From the NCBI RefSeq assembly GCF_006345805.1, contig NC_043011.1:1922001-1986000 (forward strand): 64,000 nt of DNA. Direction: 5' to 3'. The stretch's first letter is position 1; the number at the start of each line of letters is the position of its first letter. The stretch is from Octopus sinensis. Taxonomy: Eukaryota. Under the pieces are notes generated by a model that saw only the letters and a list, made by a program, of their open reading frames with translations, made no database searches and had not been told where the DNA came from. Positions 36,691-48,934 of this stretch are shown here, in pieces. Made by a program: the position numbers and the translations under genes.

Positions 36691-37439
36691 GAAATATAGT
36701 TACAAATAAGAAGAATGTATTCATGTATTCAACTTTTTAATTCAAGGGAAATTGCTGGGACTGATGTCACCCAGTGAATTAACTCATGAGTCCCTCCGCC
36801 CAAAGTTTTCTTCCTGTTCCACTCCATACAGAATCCTTAGCAATGTTTTTGAACTACTATTACTCATAAATGCATGCATATAATATAGCAATAATACCAT
36901 TTCCCTAAGCTGTCCAGAATTAGACATCTTGGCTATGAATGCAATACAGTACAAATGGCAGGATGTGGACCAGTAACATTGTTTGTGATTACCTCATATT
37001 TTAAATCTATATAGACAATATAAATTATACATAAATCTTTATTCTGTTATCTCATTGAAGAAGAGATAAAATGTGTAAGCATTTAAGTTCATGCATTAAG
37101 ATCATAGGTCTTGAGCTCAAATTTAGTATAGTAATTTTGATGTCTGTTGGTAAAAATAGTTAATTCTCAATTCATCTAGTTGTCAGGACTAATTGTCTGA
37201 TTTGATAGCTATTATAAACTACTTTCCTTTTCAACAGTTATCTATATTCTACTTGGTACTATAAAAACGGAGCTCAGCACAAATCCTTGAATAATCTTCA
37301 AAGTTCTTGGAGATATTTAAACTTATCTTCCTTGAGTCACATTTCAGAATTTTAGAGAAAGAAAATATTTTGTTATCAGCCATTGGGTTGAAAATTACTA
37401 TCTTTTATTTAAATGGAATGAAATAAATAAATAAAGTTT

Positions 37440-38400
37440 TTTTTTCGTTAGTTTTCATTCTGTATTGTTAAATATTTCAGAAAGTCAACATCGTTTCAGA
37501 CAAATGTCTAAATTTTCTAAATTCTATTTACCAAATGATATTGATTTGCTTTCTTCCTTTTGAAAGTTTTTTCTATTTAGCAACATAACAATGTATTGTA
37601 TGAATGTGAGGCTTGAATAAAACTTTGTTGATGATATTAATTGAATTTTAGTTGATAAAACTTCACAAACAGGCTCTTCTTTACAAAGATCTGTTTAGTA
37701 AAAATACCATTGTTTAATTTATTCGATTTTTGAAATGTTTGTCTTCATATCAATATGAAATAAGAACAAAGCTTACATGAATACTTCTTTGAAATCTTAA
37801 CTACTTATTTTAAAATAAGGTGTAAGTTTGAAACTTTATCTGAAAAATAGTATAATACAACATATGTTTACATATTAAATTTCTTTAGAAAAATAGGCAA
37901 GAAAGAAACAGTTTCACCTTACTGTTTATCATTTCTTGTGTTGCCATGTTTCTGAAGTTTGAATTTAATTATCGAGGGATTCTTTGAAACTGTATTGAAA
38001 CATAGTCGAAGCTGTATGTATGCATTTTCTATTTGTATGTAACTAACACAAGCTAAAACATCAACTATATCAACAGAATTGTTGTTTACAGGACAATGAA
38101 AAATGTAAACTTATTTAGACTCAACCATATTAAGAATGTTATCCTTAATTATACATTCTTCACAATTTTCCAGTGTCTTTATTTTAAATTGCCTTATCAA
38201 TGAATAATTTTCATACAAAAACCATATTCTGTCAAAACATTTTAAGATTTGGTAGTTGTGTTTCAATCTATGCTTCATTGAGGAGGTCCAGTACGACTGA
38301 AACATGTCCAAAGTATTCACACTTATCAGAATCACTATCCATTAGTTATTTTCATTTGATTATTAATCAGTATAATTTCCCTCACTTGTAATAAATGCTA
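37440..38400 (+). mobile_element. Decayed PLE 3' end with hammerhead remnant at 38268-38318
   Basis: Faint C..C..EK and ELL..C-like terminal motifs; TTGAGGA-GGTC(CAGTAC)GACT-GAAA-CAT-GTC. Confidence 0.5.
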
Positions 38401-39029
38401 AGGAATTTTATTCTCATTCCAGGTATAATGTAAATAAAGTAAAAGATTTCTTTTGGAATAAGTTAACCAGCACTTAACTATATGTTCTTCATACAGATTA
38501 CATCCCTAACAAATTTTCCAATATTATTATTGAACAGTTTAGAATTTGATTAACTTTTAACTAAAGTTCCGACTTTAACAAAGAATCAAAGAAATCTAGA
38601 AGAAATCAAGTTATAGATTACTTTTATTCCTTTGTAATTTTGATTCAGCTGAGATTCTAAAGATTTAAATGCATTGTTTGGAATATTTCAAAACTGATAC
38701 CATAATGAAATAAAATGAACAATGATTTCAGGAAACCTTTTCTTTATAATGTTTGTAACATCAGATTTGTTTGGATTATTTTAAATTGTTTAGCAATATA
38801 CAAGTGAAAGTGCATGGCATACAATCATAAGATTGTAGGTTCTGTTTTTGGTCCAAGACATGAAGTGTATTTCTTAGTAAGGTACATCATTTCATGTTGC
38901 TCCAGTCAACTTCGTTGTAAATGAGTATTACCTTGGTGCTTGTCCAGCTTTCTTTTCCTCTAGCTGTCATATCCTTCCGGATGTGCCACAGTCTCAAAGG
39001 TAAGAAGACCAAGAAGATGCATTGAGAAC

Positions 39030-39525
39030 ATTCGTTTCACCCCTCCCTTCTCTGAAGTCATCATCCTCACTGACTTCAATGCCTTATGGCTATCACTGAC
39101 TTCAATGCCTTATGGCTATCACATTCATTTGGCTATTGGAGCCAAAGCTAAATCCTTTGCTTTTCTCAACTCTTTACACAGATACCAAACCATCCGACAG
39201 ACTTTCCAAACACTCTTGATCTCTTTTTATATCTCTAAAGCTAAGACTTAAATGGTAACCTTCTTTGCCCATACTGGACATCTGATCACTGCCTTGTTAT
39301 AAATACTCAACATACAATCACATAAAACACAACATTCCCATCCCTTTAGACCCTGTTGTCAGTTAACTGGTCAGATTTCCATCAGTTTCATACCATTTAC
39401 ACCTCAGACAGCAAATGTGATTCATGCTTGACTGATCAAAGCCATCTAAACAGGCAACTGAAACCATCCTTTTAGACAAGTCTATACCCCATCCCCCATA
39501 ACAAAAGCCTAATGTCAATATCCCA
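39030..39525 (+). mobile_element. Decayed CR1/L2-type apurinic endonuclease
   Basis: SEVIILTDFNA (GDFN-like), HTLDLF and TSDHCLV (SDH) motifs in order. Confidence 0.65.
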
Positions 39526-39529
39526 AGTC

Positions 39530-40160
39530 ACGCTAATGGATATGAAAAGTGGAACGGCTATTGGGAGGTAACTGCAGATTTACCTGGGTGCCAGGTTTTC
39601 TTTCCTATCCCAGTTATGAAAACCAGATATTTTGATGTGGTTTGAAAGAAAGAAAGTTGTAAATATAGTCGAGCTAACGGTTCCTCATGAAGATAATATG
39701 GACGCCGCTCGGGCTCGAAAATTGAACCGTTATGAAAACCTCCTCGAGGAATGTGAAGACGCAAGCTGGAAAGCGGAACATTTTCCTATCGAAGTCGGAT
39801 GTAGAGGGTTTGTTGGACACAGCGTGAGACGACTGTTGTTATCGCTAGGCCTAACTCATCGTAAAGTCAATACCACCATGACTGATATCCAATCTACAGT
39901 GGAGAAGGCTAGCCACTGGATTTGGTTAAAAAGAGACGATGAGCGATGGCTAGAAGGATATTGAGCTTTATTTGATAACCAGCTGATCTAGCAAGCGGGG
40001 ACTCATATCAGTGAGGGGGGCTGGTGCGCATTGAAGCTGTCGAGAGGTAGGCCCCGAAATGGCGCGTATTCTCTCCTGATGACCCCATACACTTGCTAGC
40101 TTCCGGTATACAGAGCTTTTGACTGGTAGCACTTGCATGTGCAAGTTGTTTGCAAGACAT
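39530..40160 (+). mobile_element. 3' end of an RLE-type non-LTR retrotransposon (HERO/NeSL-like)
   Basis: KPDILMW..KKVVNIVELTVPHED..RK..RYENL..C..W..FPIEVGCRGF..S..ASHWIWLKR = PD-(D/E)XK restriction-like endonuclease; open 39623-39964. Confidence 0.85.
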
Positions 40161-40199
40161 CGTACTGCAGTTGTTTGGGATAAAAATAACAGGATCTAA

Positions 40200-41245
40200 A
40201 ATGCCTGAAGAATTTCACCAAGTTAAAACTGTAGTGCGAATCTTCTAGAGCCAGACAGCCAGATTTTTCAGCCTACACATGGTAATGTAGACCAAATCCA
40301 AATTATTCCAGATGAAGATATGGATGATGCCAAACTCAGATCTGACAGACTTTGGTTTGTGGACAGAATTGTCATATGAGGAAGTATTCCATTGAGTAGT
40401 GTGTGAGGCAGGAGAGGGAACTTTTAAACTCGGTGTTGTTGCAACCTATTTTTAAATTCCAAGCAAGTGTACAAAAAGTAGTCTAGCTTTTATACAATTA
40501 ACAAAAGTCAATGTAAAATTATAAAGCAAAGAGTGAATCGTGCAATTTCCTTCAAAAACCAATGTCATTGCATTGTTTGTAAATTTTTCGAAGACTTGCT
40601 TCTTTTAATACAGTTTTGGTTTCTGAAGGATTTGATAATTAGCAAAACTTCTATCTTATTCAAACTCATAAACACTCAGATAAAGTACAAGAATGCCATA
40701 CTGATTTACTGAAGAGGAAAATAAATGTAAACAACAGCTTCAAAGCAATAGAAACAAATAAAGTAGAATGGTAGTACTGGTGGCTTGTCATGGGGAGAAT
40801 TATCACTGTAATTTCCATTCTTGCAGAAACAGGCTTACCTTTCAGAGAAGTTAACCAATCTTTTAGAACTGGGAGCAAAATTTGATCTGTTCTATGGGTT
40901 TGTATTAATGGATATGAGAATTTGTCAAAAACTGTTTTTGAAGAAATGATTCAACTCAAAGCAAAAAAAAAAAAAAGTTAAGGATATTATTCTGGCAGAG
41001 AGGTAAATGGTACTTGCACTTGTACATGAAACTAAGCCTTAAGCCTACAGATGGGCACTCTCAGACCTTTATCAAATTATATACATGAAAAGTTCAGATG
41101 GCCTTCCCTAATGTGGAAAGCAATCTTGCAGCCATTTCTCAGCTTAAGTATAACTAATTGACCAAGAAAAGGTCTTTTCATGACCTCAATCCCTTTGAGT
41201 ATTGAAAATGGTAAGCTTAGATAAATTTTGATGAACTTTTGTTAT
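40200..41245 (+). mobile_element. Decayed hAT transposase
   Basis: LAETGLPFR (LA..GL.FRG-like) and C-terminal MAFPNVE..KRSF..SIE..LD dimerisation-domain motifs. Confidence 0.6.
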
Positions 41246-41247
41246 GA

Positions 41248-41455
41248 ATCATCATCATCGTTTAGCGTCCACTTTCCATCTAGCATGGGTTGGACGGTTC
41301 AACTGGGGTCTGGGAAGCCAGAAGGCTGCACCAGGCCCAGTCTGATCTGGCAATGTTTCTACGGCTGGATGCCCTTCCTAACACCAACCACTCCGTGAGT
41401 GTAGTGGGTGCTTTTTACGTGCCACCGGCACGGGGGGCAGGTGAGGCTGGTAAAA
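41248..41455 (-). mobile_element. RTE 3' tail
   Basis: Same terminal sequence as the other tails. Confidence 0.85.
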
Positions 41456-41804
41456 AATAAAAATTTTACTCTTAGCAATTTGATGATTGTAGTGTCTATT
41501 TCTTAACATCTATTCTAAAATTGTCTGTTACATTGCCACTGGCAGGTAGTCGTGATCAATATATTAATACTCAAGCAATTAAATTTGTAAACACAAGATT
41601 TTTGTAAAGAATAGCAGTACACTTAAAATTTCATTTTCCTAAAACTTCTTGCTTATTCAGCAAAATGTTTAAAAAGTTCAGTTATTCAAAAAGTTTTCAC
41701 TGTTACTTTTAACGTTTGTACAATTTTTCAATCACTTTTTATATTCAATAATAACATCCTATGTCCTTTAGAGGAAGAGTTGAGAATTGTAGATATTTAC
41801 TCAC

Positions 41805-42068
41805 CTGTCAACATCCTTGGCTTTTCTCAATTTTGTTTAAAAACACCTTTCCATCTTCTTTGAGTCAGGAAGTTAGGAGAGTGGGAAGTATCTCACAAGT
41901 GGAATAGCCATGGGCTTTGCTAAATCTGGCACTGCTCTCTTGATATCTATATTCACACTAGCAAGTGATACTTTTTCAAATGTTAGATCTATTGTTTCTT
42001 TTTCTTTTAATCTTACATATGGAATGTTCAACTGAACAGCAGCACTTCCTTGACTCCTTTGTGCATAC
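41805..42068 (-). CDS. Candidate exon: YAQRSQGSAAVQLNIPYVRLKEKETIDLTFEKVSLASVNIDIKRAVPDLAKPMAIPLVRYFPLS*; protein not recognised
   Basis: Frame open 42100 to 41873; strong donor CAG/GTGAGT at 41805 lies after the stop; acceptor is weak. Confidence 0.3.
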
Positions 42069-42116
42069 CTACTTTTACATGTAAATATAAATCTATTATT
42101 TCATATTTATTCATAC

Positions 42117-42454
42117 CTATTGAATATTTGGGCTGTAGGTGAATATTTAAACATCTCTCATCATCATGATAGAAATCATCATCCTCATCATTGTTTAGCG
42201 TCCGCTTTCCATGCTGGCATGGGTTGGACGGTTCAACTGGGGTCTGGGAAGCCAGGAGGCTGCACCAGTTTCTACGGCTGGATCAGACTGGGCCTGGTGC
42301 AGCCTTCTAGCTTCCCAGACCCCAGTTGAACCGTCCAACCCATGCCAGCATGGAAAGCGGACGCTAAACGATGATGATGATGATGATGATGATGATTTCT
42401 ATCATGATGATGAGAGATGTTTAAATATTCATCTACAGCCAAAATATTCAATAG
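42117..42454. repeat. Inverted duplication of an RTE tail plus its unique flank (152/161-bp arms, 25-nt spacer)
   Basis: Arms differ by about 6 substitutions and in CAT repeat number. Confidence 0.92.
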
Positions 42455-42632
42455 AAAGCATAGTGCAAATAAATTTTAAAACCACAATTCCACAAGCGGA
42501 AGCAGAACTATGACTGACATTCTTCTTTGCATTCAAAGACCTTAATAATAATGATTGATGAAGTAGGGTAGTAAATGGAAGAATAGCAAGTATATTTATA
42601 TGCAAATTTTTATAACAGTTTCGTAGCATTAA

Positions 42633-42853
42633 CCCTTTTGTTACTAACCTGGCCAAAACCGGCTCTGGCTCTGTGGTAAAATGTCTTGTTTTCATAAGTT
42701 ATAGAATTAAAATATTCCACCAAGCCTTAGTCACAATTTATGTTCCTAACACTAGCTTAGTAATAACTAAGTTACTTTACTAAATTCTTTGTTATATTTA
42801 AAATAATTAAAAGAAACACAGAGCATCTCAAAATAAATACAGTAACGAAAGGG
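42633..42853. mobile_element. piggyBac-type MITE
   Basis: TTAA-CCCTTTTGTTACT ... AGTAACGAAAGGG-TTAA. Confidence 0.88.
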
Positions 42854-43207
42854 TTAATTCAGCCACCGTGCTGCCAGCTTAACAAATCAACACTATCTGC
42901 TGCACCAACTCAACACACACTTTAAGCACTAACAAAACCATTGTCACTGCCACACCTGCTATATACCATGATCTGCATTGCTATAGTGAGCACTATTGTT
43001 GCTTTACCCTTAGTAGTGATTATATTCACTACCTTAATAATATCAACCGTGTAGAGGTTAATGTGAAAATTTTAATAACATCAGAGTAGTTGACACTAAT
43101 AAATGTATTGCTTTAACACATTTTAAATAAAGTGATTAGAGTAAACTAATTTTGGTAATAATAACTTTCATATATACATTTATGTTTAGCTTCTTACATA
43201 CACACAA

Positions 43208-43249
<42 letters not shown>

Positions 43250-43250
<1 letters not shown>

Positions 43251-43819
43251 ATATCTAGACCAAAAGTGTGAAATATAATTAATTTAATAAAATTAATAAA
43301 CTTCACCTAGTAGTTTTATCGGTATGGAAAAGACCATATTTGGTAAGGATTATATTAATTATAATAAAGGTTTAATTGCAACAAGTTGCTCAAAACCACA
43401 TACCGAAAATATTAGAAATGGCAGCCAAATAGATCACCATTTCTCCTACTAGTAAAAAAGTCTCCACAAGCAAACAGAACTTGCAACCCGTATATGGTAA
43501 AGAGAAAGAAAATAACAAAATCCCAGCCTATTGGATTAATTATAGACGAAATCGTTTCTAGATTAGAACCAGAAGTTCATTTCCTTGTCAATATAATATT
43601 TCCTATAAATCTAGAAATGCTAGGAAAAAGCTCACCCATTACACCAGCTCGATCAGGCGACATCGAATGATCTAACGGTCTGCCAGCATCTCTACATTTA
43701 TATAGACAGGCGAATTCGTATCTCCCTCCAAAATTACCACGTGAGTTACAAAAACATTACCAACGAAACGAAGTTTCACAGATTTATTGTATGGGAGTAA
43801 TAGTATACAATATACAAAA

Positions 43820-43876
<57 letters not shown>

Positions 43877-44850
43877 GTCTGTCCTACCCATGCCTGCATG
43901 GAAGATGGACGTTAAATGATGATGATGATGATATGCACATAGTCTTAAATATGAGTTGTACATAATTTATGAATATTTTCATATACTTGTTCATTTTTTT
44001 TGCATCATTCCATGGCAAAAATTGTCTGGATCTGCAGTAACAACTGATAAGCAATGATATATATGTTTGCACCTTGATCTATAAGTACACACAATTGAAA
44101 GGGCCCATCTAGACCAAAATGTGTCTGGCATTCTTGTTAGTCACTGCTAGGGTTATTTTCATCTACCTCATATGTATTATCATCTACCTTATATATATTA
44201 AACCCAACACATACCTAAAAGATATATCTGGATGCATACTGCAGTAACTTGCCTTTAAACGATGTATATTCTGGTCAATAATGCATTTACTAACGCAACC
44301 CAAATTGGATTTAGTGGGGCAAATAAGCCTAACTGAAGGTTTAATGGAGAAGCTAGGCTTATGGTTCTTCAGGGTGAAGTGTGTGTGTGTGGGTGGGTGT
44401 TTAGGTGTATAAGGTTCCATTTGATTAAGTAATCCAAGGTCTTGAATCAGCTTATAGTAGAAGTCTTTGATATCCTTAAGTTAGTGTATATATTGATTAG
44501 GAGGGTATATAAGTTCCTGGTTTTGTCTGAAAACATACAAATGCAAATTCTGGAAATAATCCTGGAGAGGTCCTTTTGGAGTGAATTCATCATATTCAAG
44601 AATTTTATATTCGTAATCCATTTTGAATTTAGCCAAGGAAGGGTTAGGAGGTGGATTTTTATAAGTTCTAAAATTATAGCAATCTTTATCTTTGGAGTAG
44701 TAAGAATTATTTCATTTGTTGTCATAGAAGAAAGCCTTCCATCTCATCTGTGAAATGAAGTCATCGATATTCTGTATTAGTAGTTCCATGTAAAGATCTC
44801 TGGGTAGAATTGGGATATCCTTAGTAGTGGTGCCAAACATTGCTTATCCA
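43250..44850 (-). mobile_element. Penelope-like fragments (RT N-terminus 44140-44850; 3' end 43250-43800) split by microsatellite and an RTE tail
   Basis: SDKTRNLY, FTLKNHKPSF.IKPSVRLICPTKSNLG.VSK.IID; C-terminal GCKFCLLVE. Confidence 0.75.
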
Positions 44851-45393
44851 CTATAAGTGTAATCTATAAGTAGTAATCAGCTGAACAAAGGGTATACAGA
44901 TAGTACACGAGAGTGGAGTGTGTTCAATATAAAAAACACACAGTTATACTGAAAAGAATTTAAACTTTAACTCCAAATTCTTTGACCTAGACAAGGCTCA
45001 TGCTATCAATAGTGACTATAAGAAAAATTCGAACTAAGCTAATGTCAAGTTAGTAATGGAGATAAACATAGTTAAGCTTTATATAAATATATTTAAATGG
45101 AGCACAAAGAATACAGAATTATCATAAACCGGATGGATAAAATATATTAAATGACACATGCATACTGAATGATCAGTATATCCCTCTTCTAGTATTGATG
45201 GCACAGCACCTCTGACTATTTTCATCAAGAAAATACAGTTTAATTCAATTAACTATAGGTTTGGTAAGGACGAAGGTTTTACAAACTTCATTTTGAATGT
45301 TCAAACGTAATTCAACATACCTTTTGTTTTTATCAAAAAGATTATGCATGACACAATGTTATAATTATATGTATACACAAACACATCTATATA

Positions 45394-45430
<37 letters not shown>

Positions 45431-45539
45431 GGGTAAGAAGATGAAAAATGAAGTTAGCATATCTTTATAATTAGTCACTGTCAAGTTTTGTAATTTGCTG
45501 ATTTCATAAGCACCAATATAAGAATAAAGGTCAAATAAT

Positions 45540-48520
45540 CATAAACTACAAATTTCTAACATGTCGCTGTTGAATCATCTTTTGTAATTCGATTCTGCTG
45601 ACAAGCAGTGCAGTTGGAAATGAAGGTAGTCACATCTCAAGACACGTTTGGCCAATAGAACCTCAGAGAAATTTTGCTGAGCATTTGTTGAGTACCCAAA
45701 TGTGTATCATGACTGTCATGAAGCACACTGTCCCATAGTTGGTAGGGAACTAATATTCTCATTTGCAAATATAGAATTCTCTCTTCTATCATTTGCTGAT
45801 CATGCATGCATTTAGAAAGGAGGTTGCCCTTTTTTTAGCAAAGTCCATTTTCTGGATATGACCATGCATTTGATTTTCTAAATATGTCTCATATTCAGTA
45901 ATATTGTTCACATGATTGATATATGCGAGGCCAAAGAGAATATCACTCACTTGCTCAACTGCAAAGATAATTCCTTCGTCCATTACTTGCAATCTCAATA
46001 TTGTATCAACATGAGGAATTTTAGAGCCAAAGATATGCAATATATCAAAATCAACTGCCATTAATTGAATAGCCCATTGCCTGATTCTAGCGGAAACATT
46101 CATAGGGATCGACATTTTTGGGTGGAAGATATATTTTAAAGGTTTATGATCGATATTGAGTTTGAACCTTTTTAATTAGCAGGAATTGTTTGAGATAGGT
46201 AACAGCTTCGCATTTGATATTTGACCAGTTAGACTCAGCTGGTGTCAATTTTCTTGACACATATAAAACAGTGTTACCATTTTGTGAAAGTATTATGGCA
46301 ATGCTGTTCATTGAGGCATCAGTCATCAACTTGGCAGGTAATTTAAGATCTAATGGCATCAACACAGGTTCTTTGCGTAGCTGGTCTTTAATATTCTCAA
46401 ATTCAAGTTGGCACTTGTCAGTCCACTGAAAACGATTGGCAGGGGTTAGATTCTGCATGCTAATTGGTTTCTCACTGAAATTTGAAATAAATCTCCCAAA
46501 GTGTCCTGATTAGTCCAAAAAAGGATTGTAGTTCCTCAGTGTTTTTTTGGCTGATTTAATGCCATGATTCTGTAAGTGAGTTCTTTTGTGGGATTAATTC
46601 TTTCTGCTGATATCATATCACATGGCCTAGAAATGTGATGCATGTAGTCTTTTGAACAAATTTTTCTTTGTTGACACTGACTTGTTTCTCACATAACCTT
46701 CCGAGGATGACATTTAAATATTTATTCAGGTTCTCTTCCATCTTAGCAAAAACGATAATATCGTCTTGCTAGGCAATGAAATGTTTTTAGTCCATTGAAC
46801 ACCACATTCTCTATAGCATGCTGAAAAATTGCAGATCTAGTTTTCATCCTCATCTGTAATCACGTAACCAAGTATATCCCTCTTCTAGTATTGATGGCGC
46901 AGCACCTCTGACTATTTTCATCAAGCTTGATCTGCCAATATGTATTGGTTAAATCAATCTTAGTGAAGAATCTTGCACCACTGAGCTTGCTGAATATGGT
47001 TTCTGTTTGTGGCAAAGGATAAGCTTCTGTGCATATCTTTTCATTTAGGTGAAATTTGTTGTCAGAAGACATACACACTCATCCATTTTACCTTCTCACC
47101 CACACAACTGGAGAAGTATTGACTATACCACCCGGAGCACATTTTTCAATTACACCTTTGGCTTCCAATGCATCTATTTCTTTTGATACATCTTCCTCAA
47201 GAGTCATAGGTACGTTTCTGGGGGAACAGAATTTATCAGGCATTAGGTATTAATTTAACAGAAGCTTGCACTCCTTTTGATCAGTGGCAGAAATGACTCA
47301 ATGCTGCAAATTGTTTCAGCATTGAGCATGTCATGACCCAGAAGACCATACCTGCAGTCACCTTTAATTATTTTGAAAGTGTGGAGGAATTGCTGAGCTC
47401 CTCACTTCACCGTAAGTCAAGCATCCCCAATGCATTCCATGTGGTGCCCATCGTACAATCCATATGAAGAATCTTGCTGTGCGATTGTTGCACCAATATC
47501 CTTTACTATTATGAATGCAATAATGCTGCAGGGAGCACCCATATCATGCGTCATGTCTATCATGTGCCCACTGAATGAAACAAATTCAAACACAGGTTTT
47601 CCAATGCATGACCAATAAAAGTCATGATTCCATCCTGATGACTCATCCTGTAATTATTCCTGGTGCTTTTGCAAACTTTCTTGCCAAAGTTTTTGCAGAT
47701 AGCTTTTATTGCAGGACATTCGTATTGTGGAAACCAGAGTCTACCTCAGTAATAACTGGATTTGTCACTCAATTTTTTCTTTATCTTGTACGGTCGTTTT
47801 GGAATAGGCAATGACTTTCTCTTTTGAATTGTCATTGCAAAATTCAGATATTTGCAAAGTACATTGTAAAAATTGTACTGTAGAGTCTAAACTGAGTTTG
47901 TTAACTTCATTAGCTTGAAGAACTTTCTCTCTTTCCTCACTACTTCTTAGACTGTCAACTGAGACATTATGAGTTTTTCACTCATTGATGTTTTAGACAT
48001 TTTCGGACTTTCAAAATCACAGTATTCACTGGTGTGTTGTAGATTTGAAAGAAATTAAGAAATTGACCCATAGTGGAGAAGAATTTTATTCTTTTGGATA
48101 ATATCAATTTCTTTGAAGGAGCAACATGATTTAGAATTGAATTTTTTTGGTCATCATAAGTCATTTTCATAATTTTCTTCGAGATAATTTTCAGTACTTG
48201 TAGTCCTACCAAGGAAATGAATTTCATAGCCATAAGACTTTTGTCATGATCTTGTCGGTTATCCTTTAATTCATCCACATAGAAGTTTGTTTTGAATACC
48301 ATGAGCCAGGTTGAGATGTCTTTGAGCTAGCCATTTTTTCCATTTTCACTATTGTCATTTGCTGCTATTTCGATTTTCTTCTGGTAAAGCCAGCCACTTA
48401 TTTGACCACTTCTGGCTGTAGATTATATAAAGAACCCCTTTCGCACATGGTTTCTCTCAAACCTTCTCATCTTGCTCTGATTTTTGACACCATCATATCA
48501 TGACACGAAATGATCAGCTG
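45540..48520 (-). mobile_element. Decayed Gypsy LTR retrotransposon: gag, protease, RT, RNase H, integrase Zn domain; integrase core missing
   Basis: DMGAPCSII (protease), AYPLP..FSKLSGARFFTKIDL..YWQI, TDAS..LSQ..YVSRKLT.AE, H..HLG..FYWP..C..CQ; PBS-like TGGTGTCA at 48485-48492. Confidence 0.88.
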
Positions 48521-48934
48521 CTAAGCTAAGAAACTCTATTTTTTAACCGTTCATCATTCTTTTCATTCATTTAACCTGTATTACTAACATGCTAATGATC
48601 TTGAGTTGAAATAACTTTGTAACTTGTAATTCATTACTTTCTCTAATAGCTTCTAGAATCGTACCCAACCAAATAGCAGCCTGTTTACTTACTTAATTTA
48701 ACATTGGCATGTTTATATCTATATTTGCAACTGCAGTAACACTTATATATATATACACAATTCTTACCTTACTCTCACCCTCAGTAGAGGCAACAATTTT
48801 AACTTGTTTGAATGATGATAGGTTAAAAGTGAGAGCAACTGTTATGGCATGTCTGGTATCAAATGACCAAACAAACCTTCTTTTCAAGTACTGAATAACA
48901 TCTCTCCTTCCCAGATTCCCTCCCACATCCCTTT

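Noticed and set aside
37238-37435. About 65 open codons after a good plus-strand acceptor (YLYSTWYYKNGAQHK..)
   Set aside because: No convincing donor or motif; adjacent to decayed PLE sequence
40055-40087. CGAAA...CTGATGA in the RLE element 3' UTR as a hammerhead
   Set aside because: Stem II strands would be CCCC against CCCC, and stems I and III cannot form
43301-43350. Hammerhead remnant at the end of the minus-strand PLE
   Set aside because: Position is right, but both core motifs and stem I are heavily altered
48520-48900. Paired LTRs for the Gypsy element
   Set aside because: No matching direct repeat found at the other end, so LTRs are not annotated
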